Part shown: positions 36,611-47,161 of the stretch, in pieces
How positions within the stretch are numbered: position 1 is the first letter of the stretch
How the letters are laid out: every line of letters starts with the position of its first letter
NCBI GenBank assembly: GCA_050123335.1
Contig: JASFHH010000005.1
Location: forward strand, 792-64,791
Direction of reading: 5' to 3'
Length of the DNA: 64,000 nt
Source of the DNA: Gammaproteobacteria bacterium
Lineage (GTDB): Bacteria; Pseudomonadota; Gammaproteobacteria; UBA12402
Made by a program: the position numbers and the translations under genes
Notes under the pieces: generated by a model
Databases searched by the model: none
Told to the model about the DNA's origin: nothing
The model's input: only the letters and a program-made list of their open reading frames with translations

Positions 36611-37024
36611 ATGAGTTATACTAAAAATAATAAGTGGTCATCATTATTTAAAGAAGTGGATGAAGTGTTAGAAGTAGGGAAAAGTTTAAAGAAAGAGATT
36701 TTGAATCTTTTAAAGCAGCCAATACCAAAAGAGATTCATAAAGTAGGTGCATTTCAGAAGTTTATTGAAAAAGAGGAAAATAGAAAAAGGATAGTTCGTG
36801 TAGCATATTTCGATGAAGATTTATGTGGAGAATTTCTTAAAAAAACGAATATTTATATCGAGAGGGCTGAGAAATTAGCTAAGATGAATAAATATGATGG
36901 TTGTGTTTATGTGTCTAATCGTTACTTGAGTCATCTTCAGCCTTTACAAAAAGATTTGGGAAGAATACTAGATAATTATAGAAAGCTAGAGAGACAATAT
37001 AACAATCCTTGTTCTATTTTATAA
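36611..37024 (+). CDS. Hypothetical protein (137 aa)
   Basis: ORF with SD ggagaggtaatt upstream. No family recognised. Confidence 0.4.
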   Translation: MSYTKNNKWSSLFKEVDEVLEVGKSLKKEILNLLKQPIPKEIHKVGAFQKFIEKEENRKRIVRVAYFDEDLCGEFLKKTNIYIERAEKLAKMNKYDGCVYVSNRYLSHLQPLQKDLGRILDNYRKLERQYNNPCSIL

Positions 37025-37101
37025 AACCAAAATACTACCAAATTCAAATCTAACATGTTATAACCTTGAAATAAATTCATAAATATTTCGAGGTTTTTTA
37101 C

Positions 37102-38712
37102 ATGAATCACATAGTCGAAACATCTTTATTTGGTGACGATTTGCTTAGGTCGCCAGTTTTGAATAAAGGTACAGCATTTACTGCTGAAGAGCGTGAAACT
37201 TTCAATTTATTAGGCAAGTTGCCGCCAAAAATAGAAACTTTAACTGAGCAGGTAACACGTGCTTATCAGCAGTTTCAAAATCAGCCTTCTGAATTAGCCA
37301 AGTATACTTTTCTTAATGATTTGCATGATCGTAATGAAACTTTATTTTATAAATTAGTTGGTGATCATTTGACGGAAATGATGCCGATTATATATACGCC
37401 GGTAGTGGGTGAGGCAGTGCAAGAATTTAGTGCGGAATATCGTCGGCCGCGCGGCTTATTTATTTCTTATCCTGATAAGGATAAGATTGCGCAGATTCTT
37501 GCAAATGTGTCTGATGATATTGATATTGTACTGGTTACCGATAGTGAAGCTATTTTAGGACTTGGTGATCAAGGCGTCGGCGGAATTAATATTTGTATTG
37601 GCAAATTGGCAGTTTATACATTGTGTGCTGGTTTGAATCCTCATAAAGCTTTACCAGTAGTTTTAGATGTTGGGACTAATAATCAAGCATTGTTAAATGA
37701 TCCTTGCTATTTAGGCTGGAAGCATCCGCGAATCACAGGTTCTGAATATGATGATTTTATTGATACGTTTGTAAGAGCGGTGCAAAAACGGTTTCCAAAT
37801 GTGTTTTTGCATTGGGAGGATTTTGCGCGTGACACTGCCAGGGAAAATTTACTACGTTATCGTAGCAAAATGTGCACGTTTAATGATGATATGCAAGGAA
37901 CAGGTGCGGTGGTATTAGCTGCTTTATTAACGGCGACCAAAAGATTAGATCAAAAGTTGTCTGAGCAAAAGATTGTGTTTTTTGGTGCCGGTACTTCTGC
38001 TACGGGGATTGCTGATCAAATTTGTGATGCAATGGTGCGCGAAGGTATTTCAATACAAGAAGCGCGCGATAAAGTTTATCTGTTGGGCAGGCGTGGATTA
38101 ATTACTGAAAATTTGGACAATGTTACTTCTTTTCAAAAAGTATATGCAAAAGATTTAGCTAACATGGATTTGCTGGAAGTAGTGCAAAAAGTGAAACCGA
38201 CCGTTTTAATCGGAGTGTCTACAGTTGGCGGTGCTTTTAGCGAAGATATAGTCAAAGCTATGGCAGATAATGTGACGCACCCAATCATCTTTCCATTATC
38301 AAATCCGACTGCAAAGTCTGAGGCAATCCCTGCTGATATTGCACAATGGACTAATGGTAAAGCGTTGGTGGCGACAGGCAGTCCTTTTGATGGTGTTTCG
38401 CAATGTAATAATGCATTTGTCTTTCCTGGCATTGGTTTGGGCGTGATTGCAGTAAAAGCTAGGCGTTTGACTTCTGAGATGATTTGGGCTGGTTGTTGTG
38501 CGTTGACCAAATGTGTGCCAACAACACAAGATATTGCTGCACCTTTATTGCCCGGATTGGAAGATATTCAAGCAGTGAGCAGCAAAGTTGCTGCTGCAGT
38601 GGCTAAACAAGCGATTATTGATGGGGTGGCTCCGCAGATTGATATTGAGCAGGCGGTTTTTGACGCTATTTGGCGGCCAAAATATGTACCATATCAGCTA
38701 ATAAAAAAATAA
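37102..38712 (+). CDS. maeA: NAD-dependent malic enzyme
   Basis: Malic-enzyme signature FNDDMQGTGAVVLAALL, dinucleotide-binding VFFGAGTSATGIA, ~536 aa. Confidence 0.9.
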   Translation: MNHIVETSLFGDDLLRSPVLNKGTAFTAEERETFNLLGKLPPKIETLTEQVTRAYQQFQNQPSELAKYTFLNDLHDRNETLFYKLVGDHLTEMMPIIYTPVVGEAVQEFSAEYRRPRGLFISYPDKDKIAQILANVSDDIDIVLVTDSEAILGLGDQGVGGINICIGKLAVYTLCAGLNPHKALPVVLDVGTNNQALLNDPCYLGWKHPRITGSEYDDFIDTFVRAVQKRFPNVFLHWEDFARDTARENLLRYRSKMCTFNDDMQGTGAVVLAALLTATKRLDQKLSEQKIVFFGAGTSATGIADQICDAMVREGISIQEARDKVYLLGRRGLITENLDNVTSFQKVYAKDLANMDLLEVVQKVKPTVLIGVSTVGGAFSEDIVKAMADNVTHPIIFPLSNPTAKSEAIPADIAQWTNGKALVATGSPFDGVSQCNNAFVFPGIGLGVIAVKARRLTSEMIWAGCCALTKCVPTTQDIAAPLLPGLEDIQAVSSKVAAAVAKQAIIDGVAPQIDIEQAVFDAIWRPKYVPYQLIKK

Positions 38713-38812
38713 TAAAAAATTCTTTGTAAAAACCAGAAAAATTATGTATAACAATAATAGACGTTGTTTAATTCATGAAGAATAACCGCAATATATCAGA
38801 GGAGCTGAAGCA

Positions 38813-39007
38813 ATGTACGACCATAAGTTAATGGATGATTTTCTGTCTGAATTTGAAATCAAATGCAAAGAAGTTGGTGATAACAAACACAAAGTCGATT
38901 ACAACAAAAACAAACCAAAAATGACCTCTTTAGAAGCACGCCGAGCAGTTGAAGAGTTGTTAGATCTTAAGCATTATATTGACGATATTTACGACGAAGT
39001 TTATTAG
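38813..39007 (+). CDS. Small protein (64 aa) sharing the MTSxEARRAVEELLDLKHY motif with the HicB C-terminal extension
   Basis: KMTSLEARRAVEELLDLKHYIDDIYDE vs KMTSAQMRRAVEELLSLKHYLDESFDE at 7969..8511. Confidence 0.4.
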   Translation: MYDHKLMDDFLSEFEIKCKEVGDNKHKVDYNKNKPKMTSLEARRAVEELLDLKHYIDDIYDEVY

Positions 39008-39073
39008 TGTTACATTTCTTTTCTTATTAAGTAATTCTGCTAAACTTTATGTTTTTAAACATAAGGTTTATCT

Positions 39074-39511
39074 ATGATCGCTTTATTACAGCGCGTTATT
39101 CATGCTAGTGTAAAAGTTGAAAGTAAAATTGTTGGTACGATTGATTCTGGTTTATTAGTTTTTATTGGAGTAGAGCGGGAAGATCAGGAAAAAAATGCTG
39201 ATCGATTGCTTGAACGAGTTTTAGGTTATCGCATTTTTGGTGATGCTGATGACAAGATGAATTTAAGTGTGCAGGATGTTAAAGGCGGTTTATTGTTAGT
39301 GCCGCAATTTACACTTGCCGCTGATACTAAAAAAGGCATGAGACCGAGTTTTACTTCTGCAGCACCACCCGAGCAAGGTCATAAATTATTTCGTTATCTG
39401 CTGAATCAAGCTAAACAGCGTCATCATTTTGTTGCCGCTGGTCAATTTGGTGCGCATATGCAAGTTGATTTGTGTAACGATGGGCCAGTTACGTTTCTGT
39501 TGAGAGGGTGA
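39074..39511 (+). CDS. dtd: D-aminoacyl-tRNA deacylase
   Basis: MIALLQRV…VGTIDSGLLVFIGVE…SAAPPEQG…GQFGAHMQVDLCNDGPVTF has the Dtd signature motifs. Confidence 0.9.
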   Translation: MIALLQRVIHASVKVESKIVGTIDSGLLVFIGVEREDQEKNADRLLERVLGYRIFGDADDKMNLSVQDVKGGLLLVPQFTLAADTKKGMRPSFTSAAPPEQGHKLFRYLLNQAKQRHHFVAAGQFGAHMQVDLCNDGPVTFLLRG

Positions 39512-39521
39512 TTTAAGAAAT

Positions 39522-39731
39522 GTGCATAAGGTTTTTGAGTCTATGGGATTAACACCAATACAGGTTATTACCATGTTATATAAATACATTGAACGAGAGC
39601 GAAAAATATCGTTCAGCTTATCTATTCCTAATGAAAAAACTGCCAAAGCTATTAGAGAAGCTAAGGCAGGAAAAGGTTTAATTAAGAGTGGTAGTTTGGA
39701 TGAACTATTTGATAAGTGGGAGATTGAATAA
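39522..39731 (+). CDS. dinJ: DinJ/RelB-family antitoxin
   Basis: …GLTPIQVITMLYKYIERERKISFSL…AIREAKAG…SLDELFDKW… parallels E. coli DinJ (…GLTISDLVRITLTKVAREKALPFDL…DLFDKLGI). Confidence 0.65.
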   Translation: MHKVFESMGLTPIQVITMLYKYIERERKISFSLSIPNEKTAKAIREAKAGKGLIKSGSLDELFDKWEIE

Positions 39732-39734
39732 ATT

Positions 39735-39806
39735 ATGCTGAATATTTTAAGGAAAAAACAGTTTGATAGAGATGTCAAACTTGCTAAAAAAGGCATAAGG
39801 ATATGA
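39735..39806 (+). pseudogene. yafQ: Truncated yafQ-like (RelE-family) toxin remnant
   Basis: MLNILRKKQFDRDVKLAKKGIRI* matches the YafQ N-terminus (…YSKDVKLAQKR…) and stops after 23 codons. The downstream frame is degraded. Confidence 0.45.
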
Positions 39807-40070
39807 AAAAGCTAAAAAATGTATTAATACATCTGGTGCGTCAAAATCATCTTTCATCACGATATAAATGCCATCGTTTGCGCGGTGAATTTTTTGGGTG
39901 TTGGGAATCACTCCTTCTAATTAACTTAACCATAAGTCTTTGATTTTTGATTAGGGAAATTAATTTTTTTCGTTTTTTTTCCAGAAAATGATATTACTTA
40001 AGCTTTTCTTAATATTGATATACTATTATTAATAATAGTAAAGTTATTATTATGATGATGGGGGTGTAGC

Positions 40071-41051
40071 ATGAAAAAACAATTCGAAATAATAGCTGTA
40101 AATATATGCCAAGAGTTAGCGCAAGGCAACAACCGATATTTAATAAAAAATATGCAAATGATTTTTAAAACAGTTGGCAAAACTGTTAATTTAACTGATT
40201 TATCAAATCAATTTAGAATAAAAATGCAAGCACCTGAGCCCAAGTACATATCCAAAAAGATAGAAAAATTCACTGATAGAAACCTACGGATAGAAACTAT
40301 AAATCGTAATTTACTGCATAATATTCAAATGCCAGTTGCTTCTCCGTTGGTACCTATACTGAAAGAGTATAATAAAAAACTTAAAACTAATGAAGGGTTT
40401 CGAAATCACCCTGAACTCAATAAAAAAGGAACTGAGCCGGTAATTTTGTATATTAAAGAAGTAATAAAAATAGGTAAGCGCCAAGAAAGTTTGAGACCTT
40501 TAAGAAATGAGCTAGAGGCTTTGAGAGAAGCTATAGGTAACGGTGCTTCTTATCTGCTATCTATAAGAAAAAATCTTTCAGCCCCAAAACTAGTTCAATC
40601 TGCAAAAATAAAGAAATTAGATCAAGCTTATACAAGTTTGATGGAAATTACATCAGATATCAAAATGTCATTAAAAAAAGAAAGAGCTACTAAAAAAGAA
40701 TTAACAGGGGTATTAAAGAATTCATGGAATAAATTTTGCGAAGTCACTAAAGAAGCTTTTGTTGGGTCAGAAAAAAATTCAAATGATGCAGTTAAAAAAA
40801 ATAGCTTACGTAAAGTAATTCGTTTGAAGGTTATCAAAAAAACTTTTATCGAAAAAGTGTTGGATACATTAAAATGGTTATTAGGTGGGAGAAAAGCCAG
40901 GAAGTATTTTGTAGATGTGCGCAAAAACAGCTATTCATATAATCATAGTCGTAATTATTTCTATAAGAAAGCTGAACAATTACAGAAACAGGTTTTTAAA
41001 AACCAAGATGTAGAAAAGCAAACCTCAACTTTAGCTATTATTTCAGGCTAA
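40071..41051 (+). CDS. Hypothetical Lys-rich helical protein (326 aa)
   Basis: ORF only. Highly basic, with predicted helices and no signal peptide. Confidence 0.45.
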   Translation: MKKQFEIIAVNICQELAQGNNRYLIKNMQMIFKTVGKTVNLTDLSNQFRIKMQAPEPKYISKKIEKFTDRNLRIETINRNLLHNIQMPVASPLVPILKEYNKKLKTNEGFRNHPELNKKGTEPVILYIKEVIKIGKRQESLRPLRNELEALREAIGNGASYLLSIRKNLSAPKLVQSAKIKKLDQAYTSLMEITSDIKMSLKKERATKKELTGVLKNSWNKFCEVTKEAFVGSEKNSNDAVKKNSLRKVIRLKVIKKTFIEKVLDTLKWLLGGRKARKYFVDVRKNSYSYNHSRNYFYKKAEQLQKQVFKNQDVEKQTSTLAIISG

Positions 41052-41232
41052 AGGTTTTGGTATAAAAATTTTGCCACAAACGCTCTTGCTACCACATGTG
41101 AGTGAGAGTATTATATGCTTAAATTATTGTGCCCCCGTTTTCGGGGATGACCCGAAGAGTTTTGCTTCTCCCCCTATAAGAACCCCCATCGAAAAAAATA
41201 TTTTGCACTGCGTGCAAAATTAGAATATTAAA

Positions 41233-41304
41233 TAGGCGATAGTGGTTTCGAACCACTGACCTCTGCCGTGTGAAGGCAGCGCTCTACCTCTGAGCTAATC
41301 GCCC
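41233..41304 (-). tRNA. tRNA-Val (anticodon CAC)
   Basis: The reverse complement GGGCGATTAGCTCAGAGGTAGAGCGCTGCCTTCACACGGCAGAGGTCAGTGGTTCGAAACCACTATCGCCTA folds as a cloverleaf with a TTCACAC anticodon loop. The 5' half resembles E. coli tRNA-Val (GGGTGATTAGCTCAG). G1-U72 wobble; no encoded CCA. Confidence 0.7.
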
Positions 41305-41317
41305 AATGCGAAGTATT

Positions 41318-42424
41318 CTACGATAAAAAATCACCTAATTCTAGTTGTTGATTTAGTTCTTCAGGTTGAAATCGCACTCCAATACCGATCAGTCTTACTG
41401 GCTGTTGCTGGCGGTTTATGCCTTCAATTAATAATTGTTCATATGTTTTTAAATTCGTATTTGTGGAAATACATTCAACGGTTGTTTGGGTAAAATCATG
41501 GAATTTTATTTTAATGAATTGATTTTTGATTTTTAAGTTAGGATCTAAGCGGCGAGTTAATCTGGTAATTAATTTTGGTAATTGTGCTAGGCATTCAGCT
41601 TTTGTAGATAAATCTTTTGTAAAAGTTTCTTCAACACTGAGTGATTTGCGGGCGCGGTTTGGTTGAACTTCGCGATGATCGATGCCGCGGCAAAGTTCGT
41701 ATAATTTTGCTCCAAAATTACCGAAATGTTTTATTAAATCTGCTAAAGATAATTTTTGTAAATCAGCGCAAGTTTTGATATTCATAGTTGCAAATTTTTT
41801 TGCAGTGACTTTGCCAATGCCAAATATTTTTTCTATTGGTAACGTTCGCATAAAATTTGCAACTTCATTTGGAATAATTACAAATTGGCCGTTTGGTTTG
41901 TTCCAATCGCTTGCAATTTTAGCTAGGAGTTTATTAGGTGCGATACCGGCGGATGCAGTAAGTTTTAGTTGCCAATTAATTTTATCGCGAATACTTTTGG
42001 CAATCATAGTAGCGCTGCCGCAATAATGTTTGCAGTTGGTTACATCTAAATATGCTTCGTCGAGGGATAAAGGTTCCACTAGATCAGTAAAGGTTAAAAA
42101 GATTTCGTGAATAATTTTAGATGCTTCACGGTATTTTGACATATTTACTGGTAATAAAATTAGTTTTGGACATGCACGTAATGCACGAGCGGTTGCCATA
42201 GCAGAATGTACTCCAAATTTTCTGGCGATATAATTGCAAGAACAAATTACTCCACGCTCATCAGGATTACCTCCGACTGCAATAGGTTTATTTTTTAATT
42301 TTGGGTTGTCGCGTATTTCAATGGCTGCGTAGAAGCAGTCCATGTCAACATGAATTATTTTTTTACCAGCAGAACTTACGCGAAAAGCGATCTGCTTTGT
42401 TAAAAGCTCGCTCAAGTCAGTCAT
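41318..42424 (-). CDS. dinB: DNA polymerase IV
   Basis: …KIIHVDMDCFYAAIEIRDNPKLKNKPIAVGG… is the DinB N-terminus with Y-family palm motifs, 368 aa. Confidence 0.9.
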   Translation of the reverse strand: MTDLSELLTKQIAFRVSSAGKKIIHVDMDCFYAAIEIRDNPKLKNKPIAVGGNPDERGVICSCNYIARKFGVHSAMATARALRACPKLILLPVNMSKYREASKIIHEIFLTFTDLVEPLSLDEAYLDVTNCKHYCGSATMIAKSIRDKINWQLKLTASAGIAPNKLLAKIASDWNKPNGQFVIIPNEVANFMRTLPIEKIFGIGKVTAKKFATMNIKTCADLQKLSLADLIKHFGNFGAKLYELCRGIDHREVQPNRARKSLSVEETFTKDLSTKAECLAQLPKLITRLTRRLDPNLKIKNQFIKIKFHDFTQTTVECISTNTNLKTYEQLLIEGINRQQQPVRLIGIGVRFQPEELNQQLELGDFLS

Positions 42425-42427
42425 TTA

Positions 42428-42997
42428 TTATTTATAAACTCCTTCCTTTCGCTCGCTTTTGCCTCGCATCTCATCTTTTCGCGTAAGTCCTAACCAATTA
42501 TTATAATGAATTCTATCTGGCATAACGCATTTTTTTTCTTTTTGTACAATATCAGAATAACCAACAGGGATTACGCAAAATGGCATAATATTTTTTGGTA
42601 TTTTTAGCAAAGATCTAATTGCTTCTGCTCTTTCTTCGTTGGGATAAATTCCACACCAGACACTGCCCAAACCTAAAGCTCGAGCAGCTAACAAAATATT
42701 TTGGCTAGCAGCCGCCAGGTCAAGCGGCCAAAAATTTTTGTGTCCTGATTCTGGGTCAGCACAAGGGACTATCACCAAATTAGCAGAAGCACTTGCTTGT
42801 GCGTGTGGGTGCGCTGTGGGGATTTGTGCCAATAGATTTTTATCTCTTATTACGATAAAATGCCATGGTTGTTTGCCAACTGCGGATGGCGCGCTCATTG
42901 CAGCTTTAAGTAATTGATTTACGATGTCATCATCAACGTGTTTATCAGTAAACTGACGCACACTGCGTCGAGTAAAAATTGCTTCTAATGTATCCAT
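42428..42997 (-). CDS. Nitroreductase-family oxidoreductase
   Basis: FTRRSVRQFTDKHV…LKAAMSAPSAVGKQPWHFIVI has the nitroreductase FMN-binding signature. Confidence 0.8.
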   Translation of the reverse strand: MDTLEAIFTRRSVRQFTDKHVDDDIVNQLLKAAMSAPSAVGKQPWHFIVIRDKNLLAQIPTAHPHAQASASANLVIVPCADPESGHKNFWPLDLAAASQNILLAARALGLGSVWCGIYPNEERAEAIRSLLKIPKNIMPFCVIPVGYSDIVQKEKKCVMPDRIHYNNWLGLTRKDEMRGKSERKEGVYK

Positions 42998-43107
42998 ATT
43001 TTTTCTCCTGTGAAACTTAATATATTAATACCATAAAGATGTTGTTTCGGTAAGTTTTTATTACGGAATTTGCTTAAATCTGATACACTGCAAAATTTGT
43101 ATATATA

Positions 43108-43313
43108 ACAGTACTTACGAGATATTTTGCATTTAGCGCATCGAGCGATGGTTGTTTGCAAACTTTTGAGGGGCAGGATGCCACGAACAAAGCAACACAT
43201 GGATGTGCTGGCTAATTTTCCCAACTAACTTGGGAAAATTAGCCAGGAGCGCGTTTGCAAACAACCCTCCGAGTGTGCGCTTGTCAGTTCGTAAAATATC
43301 TCGTAAGTACCGT
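43108..43313. mobile_element. MITE-like palindromic element (~206 bp) with nested inverted repeats
   Basis: Terminal IRs acagtacttacgagatattttgc / gtaaaatatctcgtaagtaccgt. Inner IRs ggttgtttgcaaac / gtttgcaaacaaccc. Central palindrome gctggctaattttcccaactaacttgggaaaattagccagg. Confidence 0.5.
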
Positions 43314-43333
43314 AAATTAAAAAGTGTGATATT

Positions 43334-45853
43334 GTGCGATTAAAATATTTAAAAACATTATTGTTGCTTATTATGCTTAGCCCAATCGCTTGGGGTTCTG
43401 TTAATACAATTTGTCAGCGGCAGGCATTCATTGCAAAACAACTGGGTTGGATCACACAGAAAAATGCATGCAATCTTTGTAATGGTTATTTTCGAGAATT
43501 ACCAATTATTTATCTACCCAATCCGCGAGTTAAATCACAAACCGATAATTATAATATTCATGCTGATCATGTGATTATTCCGTTAAAACATGGTCCGTAT
43601 GTTTTTAAACATAATGTAACTATTACCCAAATTGATCGGCAACTTATTGCAGATAAAGCTTATGCTTATCGTGATAAAAACACCGGCAAAGTAGCATTAA
43701 TTAAAACTACAGGGAATGTTCGTTTGCGTGCACCAAGTAAATTAATTATCGCTAAGTCAGCCAGTTATAATGTAAAAACCAAAAAAATTCTTTTGCATGA
43801 TGCGCATTATCGTCTTGCACGCGGCAATACCAGTGTGCTTACAGTTAAAAACCCAAAGACAGGAAAAACTGAAAAACATGTTTATCAATTAAGTGCACAC
43901 GGTTCAGCAAAACAAGTTCAGCATACAGATGACAAAATTACCGTTTTAAAAAATGCAACTTATTCTACTTGTCAGCCAAATCGTTGTGAAGTTTGGGTTA
44001 TTGAAGGTAGCACGATTAAATTAAACTCAAATACAGGTAGAGGGGAATCGTGGAATACCAGATTATATGTTCAGGGTTTGCCAATTTTATATTTACCTTA
44101 TTTTAATTTTCCAATTAATCATAAACGGCATACGGGATTTTTATTTCCAAAGATTGGTATTTCTTCGTCACGAGGGTTTTCAATTGCTACGCCATTTTAT
44201 TGGAATATTGCACCCAATTATGATGCTACGATTACGCCAAATTATATGCAAAAACGCGGTGTGCTTTTACAAGGTGTTTTTCGTTATTTGATCCCTCACA
44301 GCAACGGGCGAGTTGGGTTTGGTTATTTGCCGAATGATCGGAAGTTTAAACGATTTAAAAGGAATAATCCGGGCGCAACAGGAAGTGATGATCGCAAAAA
44401 GTTTTTCTTTAAGAACTTAACAAAATTTAATCAAAATTTATCTGCAATGGTTGATTACAATAAAGTTAGTGACGATTATTATCTTCACGATTTAGGCAGT
44501 AGTTTAATTAACAATAGTGAGAATCAATTATTACGCCAGGCACGAATTAAATATACTAATGATATTTGGAGCTTTTTGGGAAATTTGCAGTCGTATCAAA
44601 CATTGCACCCAGTTGATCAAGCTGATATTAGCAATCAGTATGCGCGTTTACCACAATTACAAATAGGTGCTAATTTTCCCGCTAATCCTAATGCGTTACA
44701 TTTTGGTTTTAATGGCGAATGGACTCGTTTTACTTTTAAGCAAAATCCATATCCTGATACTACGCACATTTTAGGTGTTAGTACGCGTACCAGTTTAAGA
44801 CCGTATGTTAGTTTACCGCTGAATTGGCTGTTTGCTTATATAACGCCGCGTGCGCAATTACAATTCACTTCTTATCAGTTACAAAAACCGCAGTTTGGTT
44901 TCACTAAATCTCCTAGTGTAGCGATACCAATTCTTGACGTAAAAGGCGGAATGTATTTTGATCGTATTGCGCATTTGTTTAGGCACGATTATCAACAGAC
45001 TTTAGAACCAACAGTATATTATCTTTATGTGCCATATCATAATCAAAACGATATCCCATATTTTGATACTAGTACTCAAACATTTGATTATAATTTTATG
45101 TTTTTGGATAATCGTTTTAGTGGGATTGACCGTATTGGAGATGCTAATCAAGTAACTTTAGGTGTTACTACCCGTTTTCTTGATCAGGATACCGGTGATG
45201 AAAAAGCATCAGCAAGTATCGGCAGAATTTATTACTTCAAGAAAAGAAGGGTGCGGCTTTGCTACAGTAATAATTGCCCGGAAAGTGTAGATGATCAGTA
45301 TCATGCTTCGCCGATCACTGCTATGGCTACTTATAATTTTGATCCCAGATGGAGTATTGATGGCAAAGCCACTTGGAGTAATGTTAATAAATCTCTTAAT
45401 AATCGTGATATTGGTTTGCGTTATCGCCCAGATGCAGATCATATTTTTAATGTAGATTACAATTACATAAGACAAGGAGATGAAACTCCGGGATTGCCGG
45501 TTAATGATCCAGGGAATGATTTAAAGCAAACTAATGTTGCCGGTTACTGGAAGATTAGTCAGCATTGGGGTATCATGGGTCGTTGGAATTATAATTGGAG
45601 CCATAAAAGTAGTCAGGCATTTTTATATGGATTTTCCTATGATAGTTGTTGTTGGGCGATAAAATTTGTGGTTGCACGTACTTTTAGTTCATTGGGTCCA
45701 GCGCCAGATTATCAAAGAAGATATGATAATGGTTTTTATGTAGAAGTTGCTTTGAAAGGTTTGGGAACTTTTGCTAATACTGGTACGGGAGACTTTTTGG
45801 CGCAATCAATTTCTGGTTATCATGATGTGTTTGAGCGGGAGAGTAGATTATGA
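43334..45853 (+). CDS. lptD: LPS-assembly outer-membrane protein LptD (OstA/Imp)
   Basis: 839 aa, signal peptide, N-terminal OstA domain and C-terminal beta-barrel with the aromatic-rich terminal strand. Conserved lptD-surA synteny. Confidence 0.9.
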   Translation: MRLKYLKTLLLLIMLSPIAWGSVNTICQRQAFIAKQLGWITQKNACNLCNGYFRELPIIYLPNPRVKSQTDNYNIHADHVIIPLKHGPYVFKHNVTITQIDRQLIADKAYAYRDKNTGKVALIKTTGNVRLRAPSKLIIAKSASYNVKTKKILLHDAHYRLARGNTSVLTVKNPKTGKTEKHVYQLSAHGSAKQVQHTDDKITVLKNATYSTCQPNRCEVWVIEGSTIKLNSNTGRGESWNTRLYVQGLPILYLPYFNFPINHKRHTGFLFPKIGISSSRGFSIATPFYWNIAPNYDATITPNYMQKRGVLLQGVFRYLIPHSNGRVGFGYLPNDRKFKRFKRNNPGATGSDDRKKFFFKNLTKFNQNLSAMVDYNKVSDDYYLHDLGSSLINNSENQLLRQARIKYTNDIWSFLGNLQSYQTLHPVDQADISNQYARLPQLQIGANFPANPNALHFGFNGEWTRFTFKQNPYPDTTHILGVSTRTSLRPYVSLPLNWLFAYITPRAQLQFTSYQLQKPQFGFTKSPSVAIPILDVKGGMYFDRIAHLFRHDYQQTLEPTVYYLYVPYHNQNDIPYFDTSTQTFDYNFMFLDNRFSGIDRIGDANQVTLGVTTRFLDQDTGDEKASASIGRIYYFKKRRVRLCYSNNCPESVDDQYHASPITAMATYNFDPRWSIDGKATWSNVNKSLNNRDIGLRYRPDADHIFNVDYNYIRQGDETPGLPVNDPGNDLKQTNVAGYWKISQHWGIMGRWNYNWSHKSSQAFLYGFSYDSCCWAIKFVVARTFSSLGPAPDYQRRYDNGFYVEVALKGLGTFANTGTGDFLAQSISGYHDVFERESRL

Positions 45854-45864
45854 ATAAAAAAGTT

Positions 45865-46015
45865 ACCACAAGTTTCGCGAATTGCGAAACTTGTTCCTTG
45901 AATTTATCGCCGGCGCGAAGTAAATTCGCGCACGGCGATCCAAGGGGAGAACCCCTGTTCTCCCCTTGGAAATCCCCATCGGGTAAGGTGTTTCGCACAA
46001 GTGCGAAATTAGTAA
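45865..46015. repeat. Palindrome-rich ~150-bp insertion between lptD and surA
   Basis: caagtttcgcgaattgcgaaacttg, gcgcgaagtaaattcgcgc, ccaaggggagaacccctgttctccccttgg, gtgtttcgcacaagtgcgaaa. It artificially extends the surA ORF upstream. Confidence 0.45.
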
Positions 46016-46020
46016 TTATA

Positions 46021-47010
46021 ATGTTTTTATTATTGTGTTGTTCTTTAGTGATGACAAATGCATTTGCAGTTGGCGTAGCATCGTCGCCTGTTCCACTTGA
46101 TCGCATTGCTGCTATAGTTAATAATGATGTAATTACTGAATCACAGCTCGATCATCAAATTGCAATTACAAAAAATGAAATTCGGCAAGCGAATATGCAA
46201 TTGCCGCCCGAAAATGTATTACGCAAACAAGTGTTGCAGCAATTAATTGATCAGCAATTGCAATTGCAGTTAGCTGAGAGTTCGGGTATTAACGTTAGTG
46301 ATGCAGAATTAAATTTAGGGTTGCAGCGAATTGCAAAACAGCGGAACATAAGTGTGCATCAGCTTTATCAACAGGTGCAAAAAGTTGGTTACACAATTAA
46401 AGAATTTCGGCAAGAGGCGCGTAATCAAGTTAAAATTGAAAAATTGCAGCAACGAAATATTATTTCCCGGATTAGAGTTACCCCACAAGAAGTAAATGAT
46501 TTTTTACTTACGATGAAGCGCAGTGGACAATCAGTATCACGAGAATATCATTTACGTGATATACTTATTCCATTAGCTGATGCTCCATCACCAGCACAAA
46601 TTGCAGAAGCCGAAAAACAGGCAAAAAATATTATGCAGCAGCTTAAGCATGGCGCTAATTTTCAGCAATTAGCAATAGCAAAATCAAGCGGTAGCAAAGC
46701 ACTGCAAGGAGGCGATCTTGGATGGCGTAAATTAGCTGAATTGCCGGCAGTTTTTGCCGACAAGGTAAAGAAAATGAAAATTGGTGATGTGGCTGGCCCA
46801 ATTCGTGCTTCCAATGGAGTGCATATAATAAAATTATTAAGTACACGTGGGCCGCAATCTTCACAGCAAGTTAACAAAAAAGAGATTCAGCAAATGATTT
46901 TTCAGCGGAAAGCTGAAGAAGAGCTGCAGCAGTTTATTAATACTTTGCGAAGTCAGGTATATGTTAAAAGATTTCCTGCAAAACAGGAAGCTGTAGAAAC
47001 CAGCGATTAA
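46021..47010 (+). CDS. surA: Periplasmic chaperone/peptidyl-prolyl isomerase SurA
   Basis: Signal peptide MFLLLCCSLVMTNAFA, a SurA N-domain (…DRIAAIVNNDVITESQL…) and one parvulin PPIase domain. Start set at the M at 46021, after the palindromic insertion. Confidence 0.85.
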   Translation: MFLLLCCSLVMTNAFAVGVASSPVPLDRIAAIVNNDVITESQLDHQIAITKNEIRQANMQLPPENVLRKQVLQQLIDQQLQLQLAESSGINVSDAELNLGLQRIAKQRNISVHQLYQQVQKVGYTIKEFRQEARNQVKIEKLQQRNIISRIRVTPQEVNDFLLTMKRSGQSVSREYHLRDILIPLADAPSPAQIAEAEKQAKNIMQQLKHGANFQQLAIAKSSGSKALQGGDLGWRKLAELPAVFADKVKKMKIGDVAGPIRASNGVHIIKLLSTRGPQSSQQVNKKEIQQMIFQRKAEEELQQFINTLRSQVYVKRFPAKQEAVETSD

Positions 47011-47088
47011 GAATCGAATTTATTTTTGTAAAAATCGCTTGACGCAAAGGCTGCTAATCGGTTTAATGCGTGATAGTTTTTGTTTTAT

Positions 47089-47161
<73 letters not shown>

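Noticed and set aside
42985-43224. 79-aa ORF upstream of the nitroreductase gene
   Set aside because: It is encoded largely by the 206-bp palindromic MITE-like element. Likely a fortuitous ORF.
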